This document shows positions 36,564-49,503 of a stretch of 64,000 bases of DNA, piece by piece (the stretch's first letter is position 1; each line of letters opens with the position of its first letter). The DNA comes from Squalus acanthias (Eukaryota). A model generated the notes under the pieces. That model made no database searches, was not told the DNA's origin, and worked only from the letters and a program-made list of their open reading frames with translations. Both the position numbers and the translations under genes were made by a program. The stretch is taken from the NCBI GenBank assembly GCA_030390025.1, contig CM059432.1, positions 37,760,001-37,824,000 of the forward strand. Reading direction: 5' to 3'.

Positions 36564-37954
36564 TTGCATGTTACTTAAGATTATGAAATACATGTCATAA
36601 GCACAGATTAATGACAGTACAATCTTACAAACAGTTATATAGTCGATCTTAGGGAAACGAGGAACGAACGGCACAAAATAAATAGGGGCACACATTACAA
36701 ATATCCTTAATCCTTAAACCCTCCCCTATCAATATCTATCCTAAACTAGATTCGTAGGATTTCGAGACTCATGCTCACCACTCGTGATAACTCGGAGAAA
36801 TTCCGAATAGCTGATCGGATGTTTTTCACCGCAGCACCCACGTGTCGGTCAGGAGATCTCCTGGTCCCACTTGTTTACTTGCTTCTGCTGCTCCGGCTAG
36901 CAGGCTGGACCGTCTGCTGTGATGAAGACCTGTGTTGGTTGGTTTAACAGGTACTCTTCGAGCACAGTTGTCGATATCGTCGATACGATATGTTTCCTTG
37001 CAAGTTCAAAGAAGTCTTCCTAGCAAGGAAAACTTGGACAGTCGACCTACAGGCGCGGTCGGGATTTACTGACCGTGGCGATGGATATGGTCTTCCTCTC
37101 TTCTCATCTCATCTCATCTTATCTCATCTCGGGCCTTCGGTTCCGCTGCCAGTTACCAACATAGGTCTTCGTTACGCGACACGAGGTAGATCCGAACGGA
37201 TCAGAAAGTTCAACAGTCTTTTCAGAAGAGGCAACAGGCAAGCAGGAGCGAGCCCAACTACGGAGTACACAGGAGCAGCCACGAGGTTACGAATCGACCG
37301 GATAAAAGCACAGGAGCAAGAGAGAGAATGGACGGTTTGGAGCCTGCAATTATAGTGCAAAATCTTCCGTTTCCCGCCCAACTATAATGTCCATTCTTTT
37401 GTTTAAGGTCTGGCGCTCAAATGTCTTGTATGGGTGATCTCCGTTCTTAATGGGTTTCGGGGCTACTCGTAAATGTCTGAGTACCTGTTAATATTTCTCC
37501 CATTGTTAAATCGGTCGGTGTTCTCCCTGGAGGGGTTTGGGGCTTCCAAGTGTCCTGTATAACTACCTGCTAACGGCTCTCTCATCGTAGAGTCGTTGGG
37601 ATTTTACATATTAATGTCTTTTGGATGGGCCCTTGATTCCTCGGTACAATGGCTTTCCTTTGTACCTGGGAGACCGATTTCAGTATCTATGTGTATACTG
37701 CAAACCCATAATGTCTTGTGTATTATCTTCACTGTGCTGAATCTTAATCGATCTTGCACAAATGTTTATTGGAACGCCATCTTGTCTGCCTGTTGAAAAG
37801 TCTAGAATGTTCTGTCACGAGGTGCGGTGGCCATTTTACAGGCTGCTTGTGTCCACTTTAAACCTGCCAGCATTCTACTGAAATAAAAGCTGTTTGAACG
37901 AAACTTTGTGTTTTCTCCTTATTAATGAAATCACGATATATTGCGAATTCTACA
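36564..37954 (-). mobile_element. Truncated 5' LTR (direct copy of 33629-35018)
   Basis: Ends ..gcgaattctaca followed by TSD CCGC (37955-37958). One 1-bp insertion (~37262) and one substitution seen versus copy 1. Confidence 0.92.
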
Positions 37955-39879
37955 CCGCCCACTCCCTCCGATCGCCTCCAGAGCTCAGCCCCAACTGACT
38001 GCCGTTAAGATCAGCCTGGCCTCCACATTCCCCAGACTCCCAATGTGCGCCACCCGCTTTGTCCTCACACTCCTTTTAAAATCAGCGCCTGGGTGTGAGA
38101 TTCTCATTGGGAAACCCACTGTCCCCATTTCATAACATAAACCAAAAATACAGGGGCATGTGGCATGAAACCTTTTGACCAAAGTCATGAAAAAGCAGCA
38201 AAACAAAACAGCTACCAAAATAAGTTTGAACAACAACAATATTTATTGCTATGGGTCCCTTGAGTCCACTTTCACACCTACCACAGCCCCCACCAACCCT
38301 GGATGCCTATTTAATATGGGTGATTCGCTGACTAAATGCTCTTCCAGGATGAACACTGTGAAGTTGCGTGAACATTTGAATGACATCATTGAACTTTCAT
38401 TTTAGTTTTAGAAAGGAACTGCGATCTGTTTCAGGCAGAAACCTCTGTCAGCATTACTTCTAAGCTGAAAATCATGTGAGGCATGAACTGCTTGGCTGGT
38501 ATATGCAATTTTTTAATTAGTTATTCCCATTTGATAAGCAACTCTACCTTATTGGTCCAAATTGGAAGAGTCTTTCACTTCCCAGGATTGTCAGTCCTCA
38601 TCTTGATCAAAACAAACTTCACCCGAGAAGCTCAAATGAAAAACAAATAACAATTAAAAAAAAGCCTAAATGGCATCTATTTATGTGGCCGAGGTTAGAA
38701 ATGCAGCATTTACTGCACATCCATAGTGGTCCTTTGAAGGTGGTAGTGGACCTTCTCCATGAACCTCTGCAATCCTTATGGGGATGATGCTCTCACAATG
38801 GTGTACTATTACCAGACACTGACATACTGGTCTGAAGAGCCTGATCACCTATTTCAGACACTTAGCAGATAATTGCACCTGTTTGATCACAGAGTGTCTT
38901 ATCTCTCTGCCAGATACCAATGAGGGGAGGGACTGTGTTTGGAATGTCCAGTGTTAACGGTGTTAAACTTCAGGTGCCCTTGGGGCACAGACATTGGTCC
39001 CCAAAATTGGCCCTCATTGTGCCCATTTTACGCCCGTAAAGTGGATGCAACGAGGTCCAATTTCTAAGCCATTGTTTCTAAACATGAAAGAACATGTGTG
39101 ATTGAATGAATTACTACTTTGTGGATTCTGGAAGAGCAACACTGAAGAATGAAAACCTCCTTGCCTGTGGTGTTAATAATTAATTTTTAATCCCCATAGC
39201 CAAGTAAATGTCAAGTTAAACGCATTTACTTCCCTTAGGAACAGCTATGTCCGTCTCATTCTGAGATTACATAAACATTTCTGACTGAGCTCCTTGCTAT
39301 TATTGGATAGGAAGCCAACCCAGGACTAAGAAGTGTCAGTGTTATCATGGGGAAACTAGAGTCTTGAAACTGAATTAGATAGATTGCAGCATTGCCGGAT
39401 ATCGCAGGAAATATTAGTTTGTTTAACTTTCAACAGCAGTTGTACATTCAAATCATGCAAGCTACTGACCAGCTAGAAGCAGTCTGCACTCAGAAAGAGA
39501 GATTAAACAGACAAAGAAATAATGGGACAAAAATAAGTCTGATGTAAGTTTAAACAGTCAAATTTCTTCCGTTTTTTTTCCAATTGACCCACACGCTCCA
39601 TCTCAGTTAGATACAGCAGATCGCCAGACTTCGAAACTGGGATTTGAAAGTTCATTTTTTTTTTACAAATTGATCTTAATTACTCAATGTCACATGATCA
39701 CTTTTTAACTCATCATTTCATTGTTCTAAGATTGCTTTTGGTGCTTCACACTCAAATGTGTATGCAATTTGAGAAAAACAGGAAAATAACTACAGGTATA
39801 CATGAATAGTCTAACTGCTTTCTCTAGATATTTTATCTTCAATCCAACAGGAATAAAACATGCCAGTTTTCAAATGAGC

Positions 39880-39999
39880 TTTAGCTGTCCTTTCTTGCCC
39901 TCCTCCCCTGAAGGTGACAACTCTTGCTTGGGTACATTCGTTTAGCTGTCCTTTCTTGCCCTCCTCCCCTGAAGGTGACAACTCTTGCTTGGGTACATT
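39880..39999. repeat. Tandem duplication, 61-bp period
   Basis: tttagctgtcctttcttgccc..gggtacatt occurs at 39880 and 39941. Confidence 0.9.
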
Positions 40000-40244
40000 T
40001 CCACAAGCACCAACCCTCTTCAAGTATTACATCTGAATGGCCATTCCTCATGACAGACTAGGGACACTATTTCAGCCATGCCCAATCTTGTCTTCACCCG
40101 ACTTCCACGTGTCGGCATGGGTCACTATATGGTGGTCAGAAGTAGAATCCCTTGTTAATTTTCTCTTCCTTAACCTGGCGTGCTAAAGTCAATTGTACTA
40201 CCCTGAATGCCTGCTGAGATCAGATAACTGGGAGTCAAACTCAA

Positions 40245-41280
40245 AAGGTGCGGTGGTTAGACTCTCGCTTGTTGGAGATAGTCATTGTCTGGCACTTTTG
40301 TGGCGCGAATGTCACTTGCCACTTATCAGCCCAAGCCTGAATGTCAGCCAGGTCTTGCTGCATTCGGGCATGAACTGCTTCATTATCTGAGGAGTTGCGA
40401 ATGGAACTGAACACTGCAATCATCAGCGAACATCCCCACTTCTGATCTTATGATGGAGGGAAGGTCATTGATGAAGCAGCTGAAGATGGTTGGGCCTAGG
40501 ACACTGCCCTGAGGAACTCGTGCAGCGATGTCCTGGGGCTGTGATGATTAACCTCCAACAACTACAACCATCTTCCTTTGTGCTAGGTATGACTCCAGCT
40601 AGTGGAGAGATTTCCCCCTGATTCCCATTGACTTCAGTTTTACCAGGGCTCATTGATGCCACAGTCAGTCAAATGCTGCCTTGATGTCAAGGGCAGTCAC
40701 TCTCACCTCACCTCTGGAATTCATCTCTTTTGTCCATGTTTGGACCACGGCTGTAATGAGGTCTGGAGCCGAGTGGTCCTGGCGGAACCCAAACTGAGTG
40801 TCGGTGAGCAGCTTATTGGTGAGTAAGTGCCGCCTGATAGCACTGTCAATGACACCTTCCATCACTTTGCTGATGATTGAGAGTAGGCTGATGGGGCGGT
40901 AATTGGCCGGATTGGATTTGTCCTGCTTTTTATAGACAGGACATACCTGGGCAGTTTTCCACATTGTTGGGTAGATGCCAGTGTTGTAGCTGTACTGGAA
41001 CACCTTGGCTAGAGGCGCGGCTAATTCTAGAGCACAAGTCTTCAGCACGATAGCCGGGATGTTGTCAGGGCCCAGAGCCTTTGCTGTACCCAGTGCGCTC
41101 AGCCGTTTCTTGATATCACATGGAGTGAATCGAATTGACTGAAGACCGGCTTCTGTGATGGTGGGGACCTCAGGAGGAGGCCGATATGGATCATCCACTC
41201 GGCACTTCTGGCTGAAGATGTCTTTTGAACTCGCGTGCTGGGCTCCATCATCATTGAGGATAGGGATATTCATGGAGCCT
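40245..41280 (-). mobile_element. LINE RT fragment (distinct CR1/L2-clade family)
   Basis: KALGPDNIP..NYRPISLLSIISKVMEG..QFGFRQDHSAPDLIT..ALDIKAAFD, then MQQDLADIQAWADKWQVTF. Confidence 0.88.
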
Positions 41281-41434
41281 CCATTCTTGTTCGTGGCTAT
41301 TTTTTTCCAAAACCCAACTTCCTCTTTGTGAAAGTCATAGATTTGAACCCTTGACCTTTCACTGTTCTCCCATCCTCTATTTGTTTGAGTCAACCCCATA
41401 AAAGGGCTCCTCTGATCTGATTATACCAGTTTTT

Positions 41435-44400
41435 ATAGAATCATTGTGTCTGTGCCAGCCGAAAAAGAGCTATCCAGCCTAATCCCACTTTCTAGCCTTG
41501 TAGGTTACGGCACTTCAAGTGCATATCCAAGTCCTTTTTAAATACGATGAGGGTTTCTGCCTCTACCACCCTTTCAGGCAGTGTGTTCCAGACTCCCACC
41601 ACCCTCTGGCTGAAAACAATTCTCAACTCCCCTCTAATTCTTCTACCAATTACTTTAAATCTATGCCCCTTGACCAGTCCATCGATATCTTCCTGTAGTG
41701 TACAGCTTTCACTATCAACCACATGGCCAATTTTTGGATCATCTGCAAACTTCATAATCATGCCCCTTACATTGAAGTCTAAATCATTGATATATACCAC
41801 AAAAAGCAAGGAACCCAATACTGAGCCCTGCGGAACCCCACTGGAAACAGCCTTCCAGTCACAAAAACATCTGTCAACCATTACCCTTTGCTTCCTGCCA
41901 CTGAGCCAATTTTGGATTCAACTTGCCACTGTCCCTTGGATCCCATGGGGTTTTACTTTTCTGGCCAGTCTATCATGTGGGACCTTGTCAAAAGCCTTGC
42001 TAAAATCCATGTAGACTACATCAAATGCACTACCCTCATCAACCCCTTGTTACCTCCTCAAAAAATTAAATCAAGTTAGTCAGACACGACCTTCCCTTAA
42101 CAAATCCATGCTGACTTTCCTTGATTAATCCGTGCCTTTTTAAATGACGATTAATACGGTCCCTCAGAATTTTTTCCAATAATTTGCCCACCACCAAGGT
42201 TAGGCTGACTGGCCTGTGGTTTCTCAGTCTATACCTTTCTCCATACTTAAACAACGGTACAACGTTAGCAGTCCTCCAGTCCTCCGGAATCACGCCTGTA
42301 GCCAGAGAGAATTGGAAAATGATGGTCAGAGCCTCCGCTATTTCCTCCCTTGCTTCTCTTAACAGCCTGGGTTACATTTTATCTGTACCTGGCGATTTAT
42401 CTACTTTCAAAGATGCTAAACCCCTTAATATTTCCTCACTCACTATGTTTATCTCATCTAATATTTTACACACCTCGTCCTTAACTATAATGTCTGCATC
42501 ATCCCTCTCTTTTGTGAAGACAAATGCAAAGTATTCATTAAGAACTTCTTCCACCTCCACACACAGGTTAACTTTTTGGTCTCGAAAGACCCTACTCTTT
42601 CTTTAGTTATCCTCTTGTTCTTTATATATTTATAAAACATCTTTGGGGTTTTCCTTGATTTTACTTGCCAATATTTTTTCATGCCCTCTCTTTGCTTTCC
42701 TAATTTCCTTTTTAATTTCACCCCTGCACTTTCTATACTCCTCTAGGCTTTCTGCAGTATTGAGCTCTCGGTACTTGAGAAAAGCTTCCCTTTTTTTTTT
42801 AACTTATTCTTCCCTGTATGCCCCTTGACATCCAGGGGGGCTCTAGATTTGGGAGTCCACCCTTTTTCTTTGTGGGAACATATTTGCACTGAACCCTCAC
42901 TATCTACTCCTTGAATGCCTCCCACTGCTCTGACACTGATTTACCTTCAAGTAGTTGTTTCCAGTCCACTTTTGCTAAATCACATCCCAGCTTAGTAAAA
43001 TTGGCCTTTCCCTAATTGAGAACTTTTACTCCTGGTCTATCTTTGTCCTTTTCCATAACTACAGTAAATCTAACTTAATTATGATCTCTACCACCAAAAT
43101 GCTCTTCCCCGTAACTTTAAATGTGGGTGCGCGGTCCCTTTAACGGCTGTGCGGCCCATTCAAAGTTTTGTGCGTGCAAAATTTTACATTGGAAAAGCCG
43201 GTCCTGGGCTGTGCAGGACCGGCAGAGAGCTGTGTGGCCGCACAGCTTAGAGGGAACGTTGTTGATATCCCTTCCATCAGCCCAGTTTCATTCCCTAAAA
43301 CTAAGTCCAGAAGCGCCCCCTCTCTTGTTGGGCTTGCTATGTACTGGCTAAAAAGGTTAGTTGAAATCCCCAACTATTACTGCCCTCTTGTTTTTGCACT
43401 TCAGATATTTGCCTACATATTTGCTCTTCTATCTCCCTCTGACTATTTGGGGGTCTATAGTACACTCCCAGCAGTGTGATCGCCCCTTTTTGGTTCTTCC
43501 ATTCAACCCATATGGCCTCATTTGATGATCCTTCCAACATATCATCCCTCCTCACAGCTGTAATTGTTTCTTTAACCAATATTGCGATCCCTTCCCTTTT
43601 TTATCTCCCTCTTTATCTCGTCCGAAAACCCTATATCCAGGAATGTCGAGCTGCCATTCCTGCCCTACTTTAAGCCACGTGTCAGTAATAGCTATGATAT
43701 CATACTTCCATGTGTTTATCTGTGCTCTCAGCTCATCTGTCTTATTCACTAGACTCGTTGCACTGAAGTATATAGCATTAAGCACTGCCAAACCCCTTTC
43801 TTGTCTATTTTCTAGCCTTTGTTTCATCTGCCTTCCAAATTCGCCTCCTAATTTTCTGCCTTCCATTTCCAGTTTTGTTTCTCTCCCTTCTGAATCTACG
43901 CTCAGGTTCCCATCCCCCTGCCAAACTAGTTTAAACCCTCCCCAACAGCACTCGCAAACCTCCCCGCGAGGATATTGGTCCCAGCCCGGTTGAGGTGCAA
44001 CCCATTCAGCTTGTACAGGTCCCACCTCTCCCAGAATCGGTCCCAATGCCTCAGGAATCTAAAGCCCTCCCTCCTGCACCATCTCTCAAGCCATGCATTC
44101 AACTGCTCTAATCTCCTATTTCTGTACTCACTAGCTCATGGCACTAGGAGTAATCTAGAGATTACTACCTTTGAGGTCCTAGCTCCCTATAATCTACCTG
44201 CAGGACCTCATCCCTCTTTCTGCCTATGTCATTGGTACCAATATGGACCACGACCTCTGGCTGTTCGCCCTCCCCCCTCAGTATGTCCTACAACCACACA
44301 GTGACATCCTTGACCCTGGCACCAGGGAGGCAACATACCGTCCTGGAATCACGTCAGCGGCCGCAGAAACGCCTGTCTGTTCCCCTAACTATTGAATCGC

Positions 44401-44960
44401 TTATCACTATTGCTTTGCTGACCTCCTCCCTCCCCCCTGTACAGCTGAGCCACCCGTGGTGCTGTGGACTTGGCTCTGGCTGTATTCCCCAGAGGAACCA
44501 TCAACCTTACCAGGACCGGTTAGAGAACGAGATGCACTCAAGGGATTCCTGCACTAGTGGTCTGGTCCTCCTTGTCTGTCTGCTGGCCACCCATTTCCTC
44601 TCTGCCTGCACACTCTTAAGCTGCAGGGTGACCACCTCCTGAAATGTGCTATCCATGTAGCTCTCGGCCTTGCGGATGCACTGGCGACGCCAGCTTCTGC
44701 CAAAGCTCCGAAACTCGGAGCTCGAGCTCCTCCAGCAGGCGACACTTCCTGCACACGTGATTGCCCAGGACACGAGAAGCGTCCTGGTCTTCCCACATGG
44801 TACAGGATGTGCATTCGACAGGACTGAGGTGCCCTGCCATATCTTATTTATTAGACTACTAACTAAACTTCTTAGTTTAACCCTCTGCCCTAACTTAGAG
44901 AGAAAAAGACAAAGGTAATACTCACCAACCAATCACCTACCTGCTGTTCTGTGACGTCAC
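41435..44960 (-). mobile_element. Near full-length decayed CR1 LINE (ORF1 zinc finger/esterase, EN, RT with 3' internal deletion)
   Basis: VECTSCTMWE..HVCRKC, YDIIAITDTW, GVYYRPPNS, EGALLDLVLGNE, QHGFVKGRSCLTNLI and SGVPQGSVLG motifs in the expected order. Confidence 0.9.
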
Positions 44961-44984
44961 TTTGAATTTCTGCCTGTGCTTAAC

Positions 44985-45745
44985 TCAGCTCTCGTGCTCT
45001 CGCCGTGTTCTCGCCCTCTCGCCGTGCTCTCGTGCTCTCGCCGTGTTCTCGCCCTCTCGCCGTGCTCTCGGGCTCTCGCCGTGCTCTCGGGCTCTCGCCG
45101 TGCTCTCTCGCTCTCGCCGTGCTCTCTCGCTCTCGCCGTGCTCTCTCGCCGTGCTCTCTCGCTCTCTCGCCGTGCTCTCTCGCTCTCGCCGTGCTCTCTC
45201 GCTCTCGCCGTGCTCTCTCGCTCTCAGGCTCTCGCCGTGCTCTCTCGCTCTCAGGCTCTCGCCGTGCTCTCTCGCTCTCGCCGTGCTCTCTCGCTCTCGC
45301 TGTGCTCTCTCGCTCTCGCTGTGCTCTCTCGCTCTCAGGCTCTCGCCGTGCTCTCTCGCTCTCGCCGTGCTCTCTCGCTCTCGCCGTGCTCTCTCGCTCT
45401 CGCCGTGGTCTCGGGCTCTCGCCGTGCTCTCGCCGCGTTCTCTCGCTCTCGCCGTGCTCTCGCCGCGTTCTCTCGCTCTCGCCGTGCTCTCGGGCTCTCG
45501 CCGCGCTCTCTCGCTCTCGCCGTGGTCTCTCGCTCTCGCCGTGCTCTCGGACTCTCGCCGTGCTCTCGCGCTCTCGGGCTCTCGCCGCGCTCTCGGGCTC
45601 TCCCCGTGCTCTCGGGCTCTCGCCGTGCTCTCTCTCTGCTCTCGGACTCTCCCTGTGCTCTCGGGCTCTCCCTGTGCTCTCGGGCTCTCCCTGTGCTCTC
45701 GGGCTCTCGCCGTGCTCTCGGACTCTCCCTGTGCTCTCGGGCTCT
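44985..45745. repeat. GC-rich minisatellite (gctctcgccgt / gctctctcgctctc units) at the 5' end of the CR1
   Basis: Tandem ~11-19 bp variants, CpG-rich. Confidence 0.95.
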
Positions 45746-45924
45746 GCTGCTCCTTTTTTCCATTCTGGGCTCTCCTGCTCTCGTTTTGATGGAGGATCCT
45801 GCTTAGTATCATTAATTTTTCTTTTGCAGATGTTGATTGACCTGCTCTGCATTTCCAGCATCTTGTGTTTTGATGGCGAATCCCAAGGGTTTATTAGAGA
45901 CGTTCCAGGTAAAGGGAAGTGCTA

Positions 45925-46360
45925 TTAGCTCACAGTAGCGCCTTACACATCCTCAGGACATCCAAAAGCACTACACAACCAATAAATTATTTTTGAAGTG
46001 TAGTCACTTCTGTTCTGTATGCAAATACAGAAGCCAATTTGCACACAATCAAAATCCCACCAGCAGCAATGAGATAATGACCACTTAATCTGTTTTTAGT
46101 GCTGTTGGTTGAGAGATAATTGATGGCCAGGGCACCTCCTTTGGTTTTGTTCACATAGCATAAGGGGATGTTTTATGTCCACCTGAACAGACAGAAAGGG
46201 CCTCAGTTTGGCATCTATCCAAAGACAGCACCTCTAATGGAGCAGCACTCCCATAGTACCACAATGAAATGTCATTTAGAATATATGCTTAGATCCTGGA
46301 GTAGGGCTTGAACCCTGACCTTCTAACTCAGAGGCAAGAGTACTAACACTGAGCAAACTG
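45925..46360 (-). mobile_element. DeuSINE-type SINE, degenerate
   Basis: Reverse-strand homologue of 57288-57750. Confidence 0.7.
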
Positions 46361-47092
46361 CTACAATAAACGGCACTCTTATTAAGGTCTCCGAGACTCA
46401 TTTAGGTCTTCCAATCTTCCGCCTCAGCTTTTCATTCAGCGACAATCGGTTTCTGCAACCTATTGTTCATTCTCCCTTTACACGCAGATGTTTATCTAGC
46501 TCCTAATTCTACCTTACTTTGCTAAACATCCCAAATTCTGTTCAATTTATTTATTCCCTGCGATTAAAAGCCCTGTGTGCTAAACACACCTGAACCACAG
46601 TGGGCATTATTTCCTTTATCTCCTTTGGAGTTCTGTATTAAGCTTCAACAACAATTTGTATTTATATAGCACCTTTAATGTAGTAAAACGTCCCAAGGCA
46701 CTGCACAGGTGCCCATTTGGCGTCCGACGCGAAACTTTCCTCTTCTGTTTTATCTAACATTTACTAAGGAGATAAAAAGAACAAATCTACAATTTGCTGC
46801 TACACAAACGCTTTCAATTGAAATTAATGCTTCAATGGCTTGTTTAAAACGTGTTATTTTTACTACTGAATGCAAAGACGGTCTCTTTTTAAAATCAGTT
46901 GCTGGTGTGAAGAACAGCATAAACATACACATTAACACAAGTACACTGTTGTGTTTTATAAAAGAATTTATTGAACCTGTCATCATTCATTTCTAGTCAG
47001 AGCTATTACAAAGGTGAAGGTTTTACATCAGATTAATTCCAAAGGCGTTTCTACAATTACAGCCTATTCATAAACTATAGTAACAGCCTACA

Positions 47093-47598
47093 GGGGGAAT
47101 AGTAACTCCTGGGCGGGATGACGGCAGGAAGCACGAGCTGCCTGCCTGGGAGCTGCAGTGCGAGGCCTGGTCCATTTTAATTGGCCAGCTGCCCACCCAA
47201 AATAGGCACCCAGAGACAGCTTTCCTGCTATGGGCCTGTGAAAGTTGGGAGGGCCCAGGGAGCTGCTAGTCAGGTAAGTCAGGGGGGAGTGGAGCCCTGG
47301 GAGCCAGTGGCCCAAACTCTGCGGCATTCCTGCTCCTTCGGGCCCCACAAAGCTAAGTTTTACACTTACCGCTGCTGGGTGTCCACTCGGTAGGCCGTGC
47401 AAGTTGCATCGGGGTCCTAGCTAAGTGTCATGACCCTGATTTGCATATATTTATGAGTCAGGCAGGCACCTCAGCCGCCCAAGAAAGCAACAGTGTTAAA
47501 ATAGCTGCGGGATGGGCAACAAGCAGCAAGTGTACCGCTTGAATTTTTAACTCCTGTTGCCCCTGGTTACCGCCGGGCGGAGGGAGCTGATTTCCCCC
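47093..47598. mobile_element. MITE-like TIR element
   Basis: Termini gggggaatagtaactcc / ggagctgatttccccc; internal gaccctgatttgcatat motif. Confidence 0.55.
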
Positions 47599-47629
47599 TC
47601 GTGTTCGAGTTGCGATTTACAAAAGAAAC

Positions 47630-48627
47630 TTGGGTATGTGACTGATGGGTGTATTTATTTTTAAAAAGGCAGTGAGTCACCTGACAATATCTGTTATACA
47701 ATAAAACAAAATATTTTAAAAATAAGATTTATCTCAAGTCGAAGTACATGCTGCAATTTCATTTTAACCCTTGGGTACCGAATACTGTACATGCATTTGT
47801 AAATCAGAACACTTCATTTTCAAGCGTTCTGCCTCTTTTTTTTTAAAAAAGGCTGCATTGTTATTGACTGTCCCCATATAAACAGGTTTAAAAAGTCATC
47901 TGTTCTTGGAAAAAAGTATTTTAGTATTTATGAGAAATAAATGGAAAACTAAACTTGAGTTGCACAGTATCATTCGAGATATATTGATTAATATTTTATG
48001 CGCCGTGATGCATCTGAAATTAAAAGCCGCACAATTCATGAAAGATGACCCTCCCAGCGGTTTACTTCTGTTGTATCTTATTCCAAAGAGTGACTTCAGA
48101 GCAGTGAGAAAGTCTATTAAAAAGTATATTCACGTTAATACCTCTGGGGAAAATAACCACAATCTATTTAAATGATCTTTATTTGTGTTGTTGCATTGTT
48201 CACACAGTAATCCTCTCTGAGGCCTTTTGCTGCAGGGCTGGGACATCCAGAGGAGAGCAGTACATTTCCTGTTTCTGCTGTGAATTGACTGCAGTGTTCC
48301 AGTTCCCAGCATGAGAAGGTAAAGCTAAAAGTGGTTCACACACACACTGTTGTCATCAGACACAATGGCGTTTTCTTCCTCTTTTGGTTCTCACACAGCA
48401 CAGTAAAAAGGTTTTTTTGTCCGAGGCCATGAGGTGAAATCTTAATCACCGGGCTGTATATGTGTTCTTCAATCATGTCTATTTGTAGAAAGGTGGGAAG
48501 AGGAAAAATGATTTTCCATGGAAGATTGCAAACCTGCACATCATTTCCTTTCCCCGTAATATCAGGTAACTATTGAGAAACAGACTTCCAAAGAAGAAGA
48601 TGCGTGGCATCTGTCCTGGCACCAACT
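47630..48627 (-). other. TMEM241: TMEM241 3' UTR (putative)
   Basis: Non-repeat AT-rich sequence after the stop. Minus-strand AATAAA (plus tttatt) at 48178-48183 and 47654-47659. Confidence 0.5.
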
Positions 48628-48700
48628 TCATCCCTTTATTTCTGCTCCACTTCTCTCAGCGTAAACAAGTAAGGCTTCTCCAAGTACGCCAAGCATGAGC
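48628..48700 (-). CDS. TMEM241: TMEM241 last coding exon
   Basis: Minus strand ctctctctag|G CTC ATG CTT GGC GTA... translates LMLGVLGEALLVYAERSGAEIKG*, matching the recalled human C-terminus LLLGALGEALLVFSERKSS. Convergent with CABLES1. I did not find upstream exons in the window. Confidence 0.88.
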
Positions 48701-48809
48701 CTAGAGAGAGACACCAAATTACATTATTAGTTCAAACTCAATAAACTGAGGTAAGGATAGATTGGCACCACTGGGGGTAAAAAAGTAACTCGTCTCTTTA
48801 ATGTCAGGT

Positions 48810-49165
48810 TAGCACATTGGTAGCACACAGTTAGAGGATTGTGGACTCAAGCCCTACATAATCTAGGCTGACACTTCAGGGAGTGTTTCATTGCCAGAGG
48901 TACTGTCTTTCAGAAGAGATGTCTGCTTGTTAAGGTGGATGTAAAATATTCCCTGGCACTGTTCAAAGAACAGGGGAGTTGCTCTGGCCTACATGTATTG
49001 CTTAATCAACAGCACCAAGAGAAACACAAAGATTAACTGATCATTTATCTCATTTGCTGTTTGTGAGATCTTGTTGAGCAAATTGGCTGCTGTGCTTAGC
49101 TAGGTAACAGTATTGATTGCACTTGAAAAGTAATTAATTGGCTAGTAAGCACATTGGGTCATGAA
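48810..49165 (+). mobile_element. DeuSINE-type SINE, degenerate
   Basis: Homologous to 57288-57750 with deletions. Confidence 0.6.
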
Positions 49166-49503
49166 AAACATAGAATCATACTGCACAGAAGGAGGCCATT
49201 TGGCCTATCGTGCCTGTGCCGGCTCTTTGAAAGAGCTATCCAATTAGTCCCAATCACCCGCTCTTTCCCCATAGCCTTGCAAATTTTTCTTTTTCAAGTA
49301 TACAGTATATTCAAGTTCTTTATTTCCTTTGAAAGAATTTCAGGCAATGCTTAAACAATGCTTTGTGGCAGAGAATTCCACCTTATAACCAGCCTGTCTA
49401 ATGGTGAGCAATTCCTTCCCTCTCACGGAAGCCTTCCCGCCTGGTTATTCTTTCCACCATTTGCGGCACTTTTGTTGCCGTGGCAATCATTGCGAAGTCT
49501 TAT

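Larger units (their letters stand above)
32972..38089. mobile_element. MITE-like element (32972-33373 and 37955-38089) interrupted by the LTR structure
   Basis: Inverted termini ggcgccctgattttaa / ttaaaatcagcgcc enclose the LTR insertion. Confidence 0.65.

Noticed and set aside
34055..37796. Repeated 104/121-aa and 66-aa ORFs in the triplicated unit
   Set aside because: They lie inside an LTR, have no recognisable domain, and one is frameshifted in copy 3. Their recurrence only reflects the duplication.
33374..37954. DIRS/tyrosine-recombinase or foldback-transposon explanation for the inverted repeats
   Set aside because: TG..CA ends, an abutting PPT and a 4-bp TSD indicate integrase-type LTR insertion, and the outer copies are direct.
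44962..45928. ORFs of 275-307 aa
   Set aside because: Same artefact from the gctctcgccgt tandem array.
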